Notes: generated from the letters alone by a model not told the origin. Positions 8,628 through 18,374 are shown, numbered from the stretch's first letter. The stretch: DNA of 64,000 nt from Syntrophales bacterium (GCA_963668175.1 OY764159.1:768001-832000), one strand, 5' to 3'. Translations and numbers: made by a program.

Positions 8628-9776
8628 ATGGATTTCGCATGGACGGAGGAACAGGAACTTATCCGCAGGAACATGCGGGAATTTGCGTTGCAGCATGTGG
8701 AGGGCATCGCCGCGGAGATTGACGACAATGGCCGCCATCCTGTCGAGCTTTTCCGGAAACTGGGGGCAGGCGGCTGGATGGGCATTCCGATCCCGCGGGA
8801 ATACGGCGGCGCCGGCGCCGATTTCATGACCCATGCCATCGCCGTGGAGGAGATCTCCCGTTCCTGCTCGTCCACCGGCTTCACACTGTCCTTTCATGCC
8901 GGCATTATCGGCACGTCGCTCTTACATTACGGGAACGAAGAACAGAAGAAAAGATACCTGGTGTCCCTCGCCAAAGGAGAAAGCCTGGGGGCCTTTTCTC
9001 TGACGGAACCGGGGGCCGGAACGGATGTCATGGCCGTCGCCGCGACGGCTGTCCGTGAAGGCGACGATTATTTCATCAACGGGACGAAGACTTTCGTCTC
9101 CAACGGCCCTATTGCCGATATGTATATCGTCTTCGCCTGGACCGACAGAACGGCCGGCAAGAACGGCATGAGCGCCTTCATCGTTCCGCGTGACATCGCG
9201 GGCCTGAAGCCGGGAGAGCATTTCCGTAAGATGGGGCTCCGTGCGTCGCAAACGTCGGATGTTGTCCTGAATCAGTGCCGCATCCCGGAAGAGAATAGAC
9301 TCGGCAAGGAAGGTGAAGGGCTCGCCATCGCCATGAGGGGGTTCGACCATGGGAGAATCGGGATTGCCGCCCAGGCCACGGGGCTTCTTCAGGCGGCGTT
9401 CGACGAAGCGGTCATGTATTCCCGGGAACGGGTCCAGTTCGGCAAGCCGATTGCCCGCCAGCAGGCCATTGCCTGGATGATTGCCGACATGGCGACAGAC
9501 CTCTCCGCCGCCCGGCAACTGACCTACTATGCCGCCTGGTTGAAGGACAACAATCGTCCTTTCGGCAAGGAGGCCGCCATGGCCAAGCTTTTTGCCACGG
9601 AGGCGGCCGTCAGGAACACCGTTAAGGCCGTCCAGATTCACGGCGGCTACGGTTATATCAAGGGCGCCAAGGTGGAACGCCTCATGAGGGACGCCAAGAT
9701 CGCGGAGATATACGAAGGCACCTCGGAAGCCCAAAGAATGGTCATCTCCGGCAGCGTGATCAAAGAGAGACATTAA
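8628..9776 (+). CDS. Acyl-CoA dehydrogenase (butyryl-CoA dehydrogenase-like)
   Basis: FSLTEPGAGTD, INGTKTFVSNG, RVQFGKPI, QIHGGYGY and EIYEGTSE motifs. Confidence 0.95.
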   Translation: MDFAWTEEQELIRRNMREFALQHVEGIAAEIDDNGRHPVELFRKLGAGGWMGIPIPREYGGAGADFMTHAIAVEEISRSCSSTGFTLSFHAGIIGTSLLHYGNEEQKKRYLVSLAKGESLGAFSLTEPGAGTDVMAVAATAVREGDDYFINGTKTFVSNGPIADMYIVFAWTDRTAGKNGMSAFIVPRDIAGLKPGEHFRKMGLRASQTSDVVLNQCRIPEENRLGKEGEGLAIAMRGFDHGRIGIAAQATGLLQAAFDEAVMYSRERVQFGKPIARQQAIAWMIADMATDLSAARQLTYYAAWLKDNNRPFGKEAAMAKLFATEAAVRNTVKAVQIHGGYGYIKGAKVERLMRDAKIAEIYEGTSEAQRMVISGSVIKERH

Positions 9777-9993
9777 ATGCCGTTTAATCCGGCCGGAGGA
9801 GGCGCTATCTCCTTTCCTTGAGAGATGCCGCCGTGGCACAGCAACCGGAACGACGGGGCATTGCGTCTTAGTGTTTTCTGAGATTGCGCGTTGTTCAGTG
9901 CATCCCGCCCGAGTGAACGAATCGTTTGCTCACAGCCTTATCGACAACACCATCTATTACCGCCGTCGCGTATATCTGTCTGACAATTAATAT

Positions 9994-10022
9994 TTGACTT
10001 GTTCGGGCAATCGGAATACAAT
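9994..10022 (+). promoter_or_regulatory. Sigma70-type promoter of the PilZ gene
   Basis: TTGACT-N17-TACAAT about 60 nt upstream of ATG 10082. Confidence 0.6.
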
Positions 10023-10081
10023 GTAATACACATGTGCGCCTTCGGGGGGAAGCTTAATAAGCTGCGGGGGAGGTATATCGT

Positions 10082-10735
10082 ATGGAGAGAAGGGAAAACG
10101 TCAGGCCGGGCGATTCCGTCCAGGTCATCCTTGAACAGGGCGCGGACGATCACGTGAAAAAAGGCACCGTCTATGAGGTGGACGGCAGCAGAATCCTTCT
10201 GTCCCAGACGTCGCCGCCCCTGTCGGATGTCCATCGCGGCCTGCATGCCCGGGTATCCTTTCTGGCCCGGGGCAGGAATGGATCCGAGCAGCGGGCCTTT
10301 ACGGCCACCATCGCGGATCTTCTGCCCCGGTATGAGATATCCTCGTCCCAGACAGTTCCTGCCGTCGTTCTGGAGCAGCTGACGAGTTCCCGACCCTTCA
10401 ACCGCAGGACGTTTGTCCGCGTCAAACCCGTTCGGAAGAGCGGTCTCGCCGCTATATCCGGCACGAGCAAGTTGACCGTTATCGATATCTCTCTGGTTGG
10501 GGCCAGGCTCTCCGCCGCCGAGAAGCCCGGCATGGAAACGCACGACAAGGTCTCCATAAAGTTTATCTTTGACACCCGGTGGTTCGATGTGGATGCCACT
10601 GTCGTGAAGGTTATCGCGAGGGCCGGGTTGCATTACGTTTCCGTCCAGTTTGCCCCCGGTCAGAAGGAGTTTGAGCATCAACTGGGGAAGAAGTTGCTTA
10701 TGATCCAGCGGGAGCAGCTGGCCCGGGATTGGTGA
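10082..10735 (+). CDS. PilZ-domain (c-di-GMP-binding) protein
   Basis: RTFVR (RxxxR) and DISLVG (DxSxxG) motifs; paralogue of 46881..47579. Confidence 0.85.
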   Translation: MERRENVRPGDSVQVILEQGADDHVKKGTVYEVDGSRILLSQTSPPLSDVHRGLHARVSFLARGRNGSEQRAFTATIADLLPRYEISSSQTVPAVVLEQLTSSRPFNRRTFVRVKPVRKSGLAAISGTSKLTVIDISLVGARLSAAEKPGMETHDKVSIKFIFDTRWFDVDATVVKVIARAGLHYVSVQFAPGQKEFEHQLGKKLLMIQREQLARDW

Positions 10736-10795
10736 GAGCCGCGAAGAAAGGCCGCCGGTTGCGTTCGGCAGCGGATACTGCCGGTCCGGGGTATT

Positions 10796-12130
10796 CTATC
10801 CGTCTATGCCGAAGACCTTCCTGGCGATTCCCCGTGCGGCGAGAATGCCCGAGATACCCGCGCCAACGATGCCCCGGCTCTTGCCCGTTCCGTCGCCGGC
10901 GACGAAAATGCCATCCACGTTGGTTTCCATGTTCCCGTTTGTGGGAAAGCGCGTGTCGAAGAACTTAATCTCCGGTGCATAGAGCAATGTTGAGGGATGA
11001 AGGATACCGGGGACAACCTTGTCAAGTTTCTTCAGGGATTCCCAGAGATTGTCGATGATGCGTGCCGGCATGCCGAGGGTGATGTCACCCGGGACGGCGC
11101 CGTACGTGGCCTTGCAGAAATCGAAGTGCCGAGTTGTGCTGTCGAACGTCTCCCTTGAACTTCTCCTCCCTTCCCGGAAATCGCCCACTCGCTGTACGAT
11201 GGGCGTACCACTGCCGAGAAGGGAAAATTGCCGGGCGATCATCTGCCCGAACTCGGTCGTGTCGGAGAGGGGTTTGGTGAGGGCTACCGTGTTGATGAGG
11301 GCGAAGTTCGTATTGTTTGTCCGGCGATGATGCAGGGCATCGCCGTTGATCAGTTTGAAGCTGCCGTAGTTTTCGACGCGCACCCGTCCGCCCGGATTGG
11401 TACAGAAAGTCCGGACCCGGTCGTTGTGACAGGACGTTGTGAATATGAATTTCGGATCGTAGACGATATCGGTTACAGCGTCGAACAACTTACGGTTGAG
11501 TTCCAGACGGATGCCTACATCGATGGGGCCGAAGACATGGTTCACGCCGAGCCGGTCGGCTGCATCCCGAAACCAGTAGGAGCCGCTCCTCCCCGGTGCG
11601 ACAAGAAGGGTCCTGCCGAAGCAGGCGGACTTTCTCCCGTCGCGGCGGATGGCGATGCGGCACCGTTCCGGGCTGGATTTCGCGATGTCGAGAACTTCCG
11701 TTCCCAGCAGGAAGACTGTCTTTTTAAGGAGGCCGCGCAGGTATTCAACAGCCTGTTTGCCGTAATCCGTCCCCCAATGCCACTGTTCCGGAGCGATAAA
11801 TTCGACGCCGTACTCGCGGGCCATGGCCTGCAACACGTCGATGCCTCCGTGGTCCGTTACGGTGACCTGGCGGCAGCGGGGAAAACCTGTGAAGACGGTC
11901 TTGATTTCTTCAATCAGGTCTTGAGCGGATTCGCGATCGAGGCCAAGCTCTTTCAAGTCGATGCCTATCCGGTAATCGAAATTGAGCTTGCCGTCGTTTA
12001 GGAGACCGCCGGCAGGGTAGGGGAGCCGGTCGATGACGGCGATACGGTCAAGGCCCAGGCGCTCAAGCCAGATGGCGGCGAAGAGACCCGCCGGCCCGGA
12101 TCCTATAATGACGACATTGAAGGCATTCAT
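10796..12130 (-). CDS. FAD-dependent oxidoreductase (uncharacterised NAD(FAD)-utilising dehydrogenase family)
   Basis: IIGSGPAGLFAA Rossmann motif; DGKL, VAPGRSGS, VRTFCTNPGG, TNFAL, PEIKF and FVAGDGTG motifs. Confidence 0.88.
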   Translation of the reverse strand: MNAFNVVIIGSGPAGLFAAIWLERLGLDRIAVIDRLPYPAGGLLNDGKLNFDYRIGIDLKELGLDRESAQDLIEEIKTVFTGFPRCRQVTVTDHGGIDVLQAMAREYGVEFIAPEQWHWGTDYGKQAVEYLRGLLKKTVFLLGTEVLDIAKSSPERCRIAIRRDGRKSACFGRTLLVAPGRSGSYWFRDAADRLGVNHVFGPIDVGIRLELNRKLFDAVTDIVYDPKFIFTTSCHNDRVRTFCTNPGGRVRVENYGSFKLINGDALHHRRTNNTNFALINTVALTKPLSDTTEFGQMIARQFSLLGSGTPIVQRVGDFREGRRSSRETFDSTTRHFDFCKATYGAVPGDITLGMPARIIDNLWESLKKLDKVVPGILHPSTLLYAPEIKFFDTRFPTNGNMETNVDGIFVAGDGTGKSRGIVGAGISGILAARGIARKVFGIDG

Positions 12131-12376
12131 TGAGAAACACTATCATATTAAAAGCATATGGTGCAACCGATCTGTGGCATAACGGTCGTTTAAAGGCTTG
12201 AGCGTATTCCGGCAGCCGCGCCGAAAAAGGCGCAATGATCCACCGATGGAAAATCGTTACGAGATTTCCGTAGAAAATCCTGACCATGCTGTGGAAAAAG
12301 TACTACGAAAGCAACATGAGCGGTTAAAAGAGAACGTTCTGCCGGCCCGTACAGGCCGCTTTTCGGTCGGACGCCT

Positions 12377-12487
12377 TTAGGCGTGTCCCAGCCAGTAGAC
12401 GATAAGCATGCTGGCGCTGGCACATACGATAAAGGCAACGAAGAAATACTTCATGAATTGCGGTACTTGATCTGTAGAATCCTTCAT
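12377..12487 (-). CDS. Small single-pass membrane protein (36 aa)
   Basis: MKDSTDQVPQFMKYFFVAFIVCASASMLIVYWLGHA*, preceded by AAGGA RBS; below the ORF-track length cut-off. Confidence 0.45.
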   Translation of the reverse strand: MKDSTDQVPQFMKYFFVAFIVCASASMLIVYWLGHA

Positions 12488-13108
12488 GGCGAATCCTTTC
12501 GGGTGAGACGGGTTCCTTCGTGTGACAAGGGCATCAAAAAATAACCGGATGGCTCCGGAGCAGCCCTGACCGTGATGTTGCGAGTCCTAAAAAAGATTGG
12601 GTCTCGTGTCAATATGTACATCCTATATACGGGCGGAAGACTCGTGGTTTTTTCCAAGAAATAAATGCGGTTGCGGCTGGAAATATTTTTTTTACGACGA
12701 TGGAAAGGGGAAACCGTAAACAAGATTGGTTCAGTTAAAAGAGTGAATAATATAAGCTAATAACATTTAATATTATAGTATATTGCTTATTTATTAATTC
12801 TATTTGTGAGTTTCTTTGCATTTAACCTTCCAATATACAGAGCATTTTGATTATCCGGAAAGACGGGATGGGCTGCTTGCCCTGCATGCATTGGCTTTCG
12901 GCCAGTGCCATCTTCACCGGGTCCATAGATTGCCGCTTTGCCGGTGCAGCGTCTTATCTTGTACGCCCCTTATCGAACAAAAACAGTGGCCGACCGGCGG
13001 TCAGGCGGACACAGGGAAAAACGAGGCTTGTTCGTATGCCCTGCTCCTGGTCTTGATTATGCGATGATGCCTCTGTTCGTCCAAATGCATCCTGCATCCT
13101 GTCTTGCC

Positions 13109-13741
13109 TCAACCAAGCAAGACCTGGATAACGCTCTCAATGGCCCATTTGAAAAGGAAGATGACAGGCTGGAGGATGCCAAGGGCGTATAGGCCGATGA
13201 TGATAAAGAAACCGTAAGGCTCCAATCGGCCCATGGTCCGCTGCAATCCCTGTCCCGCAAAACCCATGAGGATCTTTGAGCCGTCCAGAGGCGGTATGGG
13301 GATCAGGTTAAAAGACGCCAGCATGACGTTGATCAGAAACAAGAAGTATAATGCTATATCCAGAGGTGTGTCCGAAACCGGTGCCAGGAGTTTGATAAAC
13401 AGCGCGGCCAGGAAAGCGACAATCAAATTGGCCACGATTCCCGCGGCCGAAACCAGGATGAGGCCCTTGCGCTGGTCGTGCAGATTGTAGAAATTGACGG
13501 GAACGGGCTTGGCCCAGCCGAAGCCGAAAATAAAGAGCATGACCGTGCCGATCGGATCGAGATGATTGATGGGATTCAAGGTGAGACGACCGGCCCACTT
13601 GGCGGTGGGGTCGCCCATCCGGTAGGCCACCCAGCCGTGAGCCAATTCATGGAGAATGATGGAGTAGAGCAGCGGTATAACCAGTAAAACGAATGTCAGC
13701 GGGTCGCTGAGCAACAAGCCAAGGAGTCCCCAATGTTCCAT
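13109..13741 (-). CDS. Site-2 protease (peptidase M50)
   Basis: HELAH zinc motif, GDPT, GWAKPVP and FNLIPIPPLDG motifs. Confidence 0.95.
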   Translation of the reverse strand: MEHWGLLGLLLSDPLTFVLLVIPLLYSIILHELAHGWVAYRMGDPTAKWAGRLTLNPINHLDPIGTVMLFIFGFGWAKPVPVNFYNLHDQRKGLILVSAAGIVANLIVAFLAALFIKLLAPVSDTPLDIALYFLFLINVMLASFNLIPIPPLDGSKILMGFAGQGLQRTMGRLEPYGFFIIIGLYALGILQPVIFLFKWAIESVIQVLLG

Positions 13742-13998
13742 ATCGACAGCCTTTCAACACCTATATTGATAAACTGTTGATAATTTTAACAGCTTTTCCG
13801 GGAAGGCACAACAGACGAATGGCGGCACGTATCTCGTAAACCGCGCAAGGGTACAGCCGCCTATACCGATCACACTTGCAAATTAGTGAAATGTATGTTT
13901 TGTAGCGATTCTTGGAAGAAAGTGCATGACAGAGTGAACTCAAACGTTTTTTGAACTGCCGTAAGAATGATGGCAGACTGCCGGAAGGAATCCGTCTC

Positions 13999-14094
13999 AT
14001 GACCCGCACCATTGTCGCCGTTCTTGCCGGTCTCATTCTGGGTATGTTTACGGCCTATCTCTTAAGTCCTTTTCTGATCAATCTCCTGAGATAA
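13999..14094 (+). CDS. Small hydrophobic peptide (31 aa)
   Basis: MTRTIVAVLAGLILGMFTAYLLSPFLINLLR*, with GGAAGGA upstream. Confidence 0.4.
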   Translation: MTRTIVAVLAGLILGMFTAYLLSPFLINLLR

Positions 14095-14271
14095 CGGACT
14101 CAAGATCATCCGGAGCATTCCCTCAAGCTCATTTCGTTCAATCCGCCTTGAACATTTCTTTCAAAAAACCCTCGGGAACAGAAAAAATTCGAGAAGAACA
14201 CCTTTGATGGTTATGTCTATTTATGAGTTATATTGAGAATGTACAAGATATAAGCGGGGCGCCGGCGCCTC

Positions 14272-14287
14272 TGGCACGCCTTTTGAT
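14272..14287 (+). promoter_or_regulatory. Possible sigma54 (-24/-12) promoter
   Basis: TGGCACG-CCTT-TTGAT versus consensus TGGCACG-N4-TTGC(A/T), with a C>A deviation at -12; AT-rich region upstream. Confidence 0.5.
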
Positions 14288-14333
14288 ATACCTAAAGTAA
14301 AAGGGATAATAAATCCAAAGGAGGATACAGATA

Positions 14334-14609
14334 ATGAAAAAGAGAATTCAGACCTTGTTGGTTTCGGTGTTCGTCGTCCTGACAACGGCTACTTTCGGAT
14401 ACGCGGAATTTTCCGCAACGGGCGCGGGGAGCTTCCCCTTCTTCCAGCTCGGGTGCCTCATCGTCGGCGGCATGACGATCATCTCCCTCAAACACAAATA
14501 TGAAAAAATGTACACCAACGAAGCGGTCGGCGCCTTCGCCCTGTACGCGGTCCTCGTCGCCCTCTTCACGAACCCCGTCATCGACGCCCTGAGGAGCCTG
14601 GTCGGTTAA
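14334..14609 (+). CDS. Hypothetical membrane protein (91 aa)
   Basis: Strong AAGGAGGA RBS; signal-like N-terminus plus two hydrophobic segments. Confidence 0.75.
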   Translation: MKKRIQTLLVSVFVVLTTATFGYAEFSATGAGSFPFFQLGCLIVGGMTIISLKHKYEKMYTNEAVGAFALYAVLVALFTNPVIDALRSLVG

Positions 14610-14643
14610 GACGCTATCATAGAATACTTCAGGAAAGGAGGAC

Positions 14644-14880
14644 ATGATCATGGGAACGGCCAGCAAGAATATACAGACTATCGGAAACTTAAGAAAAGTT
14701 CTTTCGGTCAGCGCGTGGGGATTCTCGATCGTGATCGTCTCCTTTCTCTTCCTCTATATCGGCCTGAAGCTGGACGAGTGGCTGGGAACGGCCCCGAACT
14801 TCATGTTCGGTCTCTTCTTCCTGGCCCTGGTTACGACGATCGGCAGGATGTATCAGGATGTGTGGCGTAAAAAAGACTGA
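14644..14880 (+). CDS. AtpZ/AtpI-family (ATPase gene 1-like) small membrane protein
   Basis: GFSIVIVSFLFLYIGLKLDEWLGTAPNFMFGLFFLA fits the GxxLDxxxGTxPxF pattern; AAGGAGGA RBS. Confidence 0.8.
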   Translation: MIMGTASKNIQTIGNLRKVLSVSAWGFSIVIVSFLFLYIGLKLDEWLGTAPNFMFGLFFLALVTTIGRMYQDVWRKKD

Positions 14881-14943
14881 AGGACGGTTCGCATAGAGCG
14901 ACATAGACGGTGTCCGTTCTTCCTGACTTATCAGAGCAAATTG

Positions 14944-14980
14944 GCCCCTTTCACTCGTAGTGAAAGGGGCTTTTTCTTTT
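14944..14980 (+). terminator. Rho-independent terminator
   Basis: GCCCCTTTCACT-CGT-AGTGAAAGGGGC followed by TTTTTCTTTT, between convergent genes. Confidence 0.9.
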
Positions 14981-14996
14981 ACACCGGTTACCGTTG

Positions 14997-16385
14997 TTAG
15001 ACTATGCGGGTGAGGACGGCGCCGAAGAATCCGTCCATATTGTGCCGGTGGGGATAAGTCCGGAAGAAACCGTCCGGGCCGATGAAGTCCTTAACGGCGG
15101 GATCGGGATCCCTCCCGCTCAGGGCGAATTCTTTGTGGGCAGAAAGAAAAGTCTTTATGACGTCCTCATTTTCTTGGGACATGACGGAGCAGGTGCTGTA
15201 GACGAGGCGGCCGCCGATTTTAAGGAATGCGGCACCATGCCGAAGAATTCCGCCTTGAAGATCGGCGGTTTCTTTCAAATCATCCGGCCGGATGCGCCAT
15301 TTGATTTCCGGATTTCGCCTCAGGGTTCCAAGGCCGGAACAGGGAACATCCGCCATGACCAGATCAAAGCGTTCCTGTAGGTCCTCCTCCCGCATTTGGG
15401 CGGCATCGGCAGCGAGTGTCCGGATGATGGTGGCTCCCATGCCGGCCGCCGTATCCGTCAGGACGGCGAGTTTCGCGGGACTGATATCCACGGCGAGAAT
15501 TTGTCCCCGGTTTTGCATCAGAGTGGCCAGATGGGTCGCTTTGCCGCCGGAGCCGGCGCAAAGGTCGAGGACGTCTTCGCCGGGCATCGGCGAGGCCAGC
15601 CTGGAGATGAGCTGGGAGGCCTCTTCCTGGATTCGGATCAGTCCACCTTGGACAGCTGAGAGGGATTTGAGCGTTGTTCCGGACTTGCCGAAAACGAGGC
15701 CGTCGGGAGAAAAGGGTGCAGCATCCGCCGTGGCGCCGTCGGCGTTGAGAATGGCCATTGCAGAGTCCCGGTCCGTTTTTAAGGTGTTTATACGGGCCGT
15801 CAAAGGCGGCGTCCGGTTGTTGGCGGCGCACAGGGCGCCTGTCTCGTCGATACCGAATTCGGCGATCCAGCGTTCGACAAGCCACAGCGGATGAGAATGG
15901 AGAATCGACAGATAAAGGGCCGGTTCAACGGCCGGATCGGGGTAGGGAAGGCTTTCCCTGCGGCGTAAAAAGTTGCGCAGAATCGCATTCACAAGGGAAG
16001 CAGCCGCGAGCCGATCCTTTTTCGCCAGTTTTACAGCCTCGTCGACGGCGGCGAAGGCGGGGATGCGGTCCGTATAGACGATCTGATACAGGGCCGTCCT
16101 TAAGATATTCCTGACAACGGTGTCCAGGGACGACGATCTGCCCGGGTGCTGAAATTGCCCGATGATCCAGTCGAGATGGCCTTTCATCCGGAGGGTCCCG
16201 TAAACGAGTTCCGTGACGAGGTGGCGATCCGGGGCGAGAGGGAAGGCGTCACCGGAAAGGCCGACGTCGAGAAGCGGTTCCGCAAAAGCGTCCGTATCCT
16301 CGATCCTGTTCAGGATTGTCACGGCCAGTCCCCTGGGGGTCTTGGCGGCCCGTAAAGATGCCTGTTTGCGTTTGCTGGAGTCCAT
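14997..16385 (-). CDS. rsmB: 16S rRNA m5C967 methyltransferase RsmB/Sun
   Basis: NusB-like N-terminus; VLDLCAGSGGK, DVPCSGLGTLRRNPE, LVYSTCS and DGFF motifs; downstream of fmt. Confidence 0.93.
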   Translation of the reverse strand: MDSSKRKQASLRAAKTPRGLAVTILNRIEDTDAFAEPLLDVGLSGDAFPLAPDRHLVTELVYGTLRMKGHLDWIIGQFQHPGRSSSLDTVVRNILRTALYQIVYTDRIPAFAAVDEAVKLAKKDRLAAASLVNAILRNFLRRRESLPYPDPAVEPALYLSILHSHPLWLVERWIAEFGIDETGALCAANNRTPPLTARINTLKTDRDSAMAILNADGATADAAPFSPDGLVFGKSGTTLKSLSAVQGGLIRIQEEASQLISRLASPMPGEDVLDLCAGSGGKATHLATLMQNRGQILAVDISPAKLAVLTDTAAGMGATIIRTLAADAAQMREEDLQERFDLVMADVPCSGLGTLRRNPEIKWRIRPDDLKETADLQGGILRHGAAFLKIGGRLVYSTCSVMSQENEDVIKTFLSAHKEFALSGRDPDPAVKDFIGPDGFFRTYPHRHNMDGFFGAVLTRIV

Positions 16386-16433
16386 GATGTTCTGCCGGGA
16401 TGTCGGGAAGCTGCTTTGCAGATACCGTATTTG

Positions 16434-16892
16434 TCAGGGGTTTTCGAAGAAATCGGTTTTGGAGCGCTTTCTGTAGACGAGGCCGGAAAAGACGGCGACG
16501 ACTTCACCCGATTCTTCCGTAATGTGAATTTCGTATGAGGCGATCTTGGGATTGGCCGACACTTCCCTGGCTTCGGCATAGATGGTCGGCCCCGTAGCGG
16601 CCTTGATGTAGGATATCGAGGCGTTGATAGCGACGGCGGGCTGCCCGTGGGAATTGGACGCCGCAGCGAACGCCAGGTCGGCCAGGGAAAAGACGGCCGC
16701 GCCGTGGGGTATCGAAAGCCCGTTGAGATGATGGTCCTGCAGGCGAAGCGAAGCCTTTGCGTAGCCTGTATCCACTTCCAGAAGCTCGATGCCGACATGC
16801 CGGGCAAAAGCGTCTTTCTGAAAGCTGCGCTTGATGCTCTCAGGTGTAATGCGTCCCTTAATCTCTTGCCGCTTTTCCTCAGTCTTTTGCAT
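16434..16892 (-). CDS. PaaI-family thioesterase
   Basis: DAFARHVGIELLEV, HLNGLSIPHGAAVFSLADLAFAAASNSHG motifs. Confidence 0.9.
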   Translation of the reverse strand: MQKTEEKRQEIKGRITPESIKRSFQKDAFARHVGIELLEVDTGYAKASLRLQDHHLNGLSIPHGAAVFSLADLAFAAASNSHGQPAVAINASISYIKAATGPTIYAEAREVSANPKIASYEIHITEESGEVVAVFSGLVYRKRSKTDFFENP

Positions 16893-16893
16893 G

Positions 16894-17838
16894 TCAGCCC
16901 AACTTTTCCGATGCGATCCGGTAGCCTCTCAGGAAATCCTGGATCGGCATCCGCTTTTTGTTTTCCATCTGAATATCCTGCAGGTAAACCCGTCCGTCAC
17001 GAACGACCACCGGCAGGCCGTTGCGGTCCGGTTTGCCCAGCGATCCCGGTTCGAGATCCTGCGCCGCGCCTCCATCGAAGCAGGCGGAAAAGACCTTCAG
17101 CTGCTTGCCGTCGAGAACCGTGCAGGCGCATGGCGACGGCGCCAGGCCCCGGATGAGATTGACGATATCGGCGCCTGCATTCTCCCAGTGGATCACGGTG
17201 TCCGCCTGCTTGATCCGGGGAGCGAACGTGGCCGCCGAATGGTCCTGCCGCTTCCTTTCGCACCGGCCCTGAGCGATGTCTTCGATGGTCCTGAGAAGAA
17301 GTTCTGCGCCCTGCCGCGCCAGACGGTCGTGGAGTCCGCCGTAATTCTCGTCGGGTCCGATGTCCGTCTCCTCCTGGCGGAGGATGTCTCCGGAATCGAC
17401 GCCCTCGTCCATCCGCATGATCGTCACCCCGGTTTTCGTTTCGCCCCGGATCAGGGCCCAGTTGATGGGGGCCGCGCCCCGGTACTTCGGCAGGAGTGAC
17501 GGGTGAACGTTGATGCAGCCTGAAGGCGGTCCCTCGATGATCTCCTTGGGCAGGATCTGGCCGAAGGCGACGAGAACCACAAGATCCGGCGCTGCCGACC
17601 GGAAATAGTCGAGGAATTCTTCGTTGCGGACCCGTCGAAGTTCCGGCTGATGGACCGTCAGTCCGGATTGCTCGGCCAGAACCTTGACCGGCGGCGGCGT
17701 GAAATGCCTGCCCCGGCCTTTCGGACGATCGGGCTGTGTTACGACAGCGATCAACGGATAGTCGTTTTTGATCAGGATATCCAGGGAGGGAACGGCGAAT
17801 TCCGGCGTTCCCATGAAGAGGATTTTGGGTTTATTCAT
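16894..17838 (-). CDS. fmt: Methionyl-tRNA formyltransferase
   Basis: FMGTPEFA, VTQPDRPKGRG, INVHPSLLPKYRGAAPI and DSGD motifs. Confidence 0.97.
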   Translation of the reverse strand: MNKPKILFMGTPEFAVPSLDILIKNDYPLIAVVTQPDRPKGRGRHFTPPPVKVLAEQSGLTVHQPELRRVRNEEFLDYFRSAAPDLVVLVAFGQILPKEIIEGPPSGCINVHPSLLPKYRGAAPINWALIRGETKTGVTIMRMDEGVDSGDILRQEETDIGPDENYGGLHDRLARQGAELLLRTIEDIAQGRCERKRQDHSAATFAPRIKQADTVIHWENAGADIVNLIRGLAPSPCACTVLDGKQLKVFSACFDGGAAQDLEPGSLGKPDRNGLPVVVRDGRVYLQDIQMENKKRMPIQDFLRGYRIASEKLG

Positions 17839-17850
17839 GGGGTCTACCTT

Positions 17851-18357
17851 TCATTTGGCGAAGATCATGTCGAGGAGCCTGTCCAGGGAACGGCAAGGAT
17901 AGCAGAGGATGATGCCGTTCTTGTCGATAAGAAGAGAGGTCGGGATTCCGTAGACGCCATACTTTTCCGCGACCCGGCCGTCTTCGTCGAGGAGGGTCCG
18001 GTAGGGAAGCTCGTGCCTGTCGGCGAATGTTCGCACCCGATCCTCAGGTTCCATGATGTCGACATTGATGATTTGCAGACCTTTTGTATAGTAGATTGCA
18101 TAGATCTCTTTGAAATAGGGGATCTCCCGGCGGCACGAAGGGCACCATGTGGCGCTGAAGATCACGAGCACGGGATTTCCCTGGAGGCTGCTTAATTTGA
18201 CGCTTTTGCCCGAGAGGTCCTTGAGGGTGAAATCCGGCGCCTTGGCATTTTGGACGGCCTTGCTTGAACCCTGCGGTGTGGTACTGTCTTGCCCGCACGA
18301 AAGAAAGCAAACGAGTGCCAGCACCGACATGGCAAGTCGCAATATTTTACCCGGCAT
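17851..18357 (-). CDS. TlpA/ResA-like thioredoxin lipoprotein
   Basis: Lipobox FLSC; APDFTLKDLSG, ATWCPSC and GIPT motifs; start at ATG 18357 after AAGGA. Confidence 0.9.
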   Translation of the reverse strand: MPGKILRLAMSVLALVCFLSCGQDSTTPQGSSKAVQNAKAPDFTLKDLSGKSVKLSSLQGNPVLVIFSATWCPSCRREIPYFKEIYAIYYTKGLQIINVDIMEPEDRVRTFADRHELPYRTLLDEDGRVAEKYGVYGIPTSLLIDKNGIILCYPCRSLDRLLDMIFAK

Positions 18358-18374
18358 GATACTGATATCCTTTC

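Noticed and set aside
13774..13792. CTGTT-N9-AACAG palindrome as a LexA or FNR box
   Set aside because: The spacing does not fit CTGT-N8-ACAG and only one half of TTGAT-N4-ATCAA is present.
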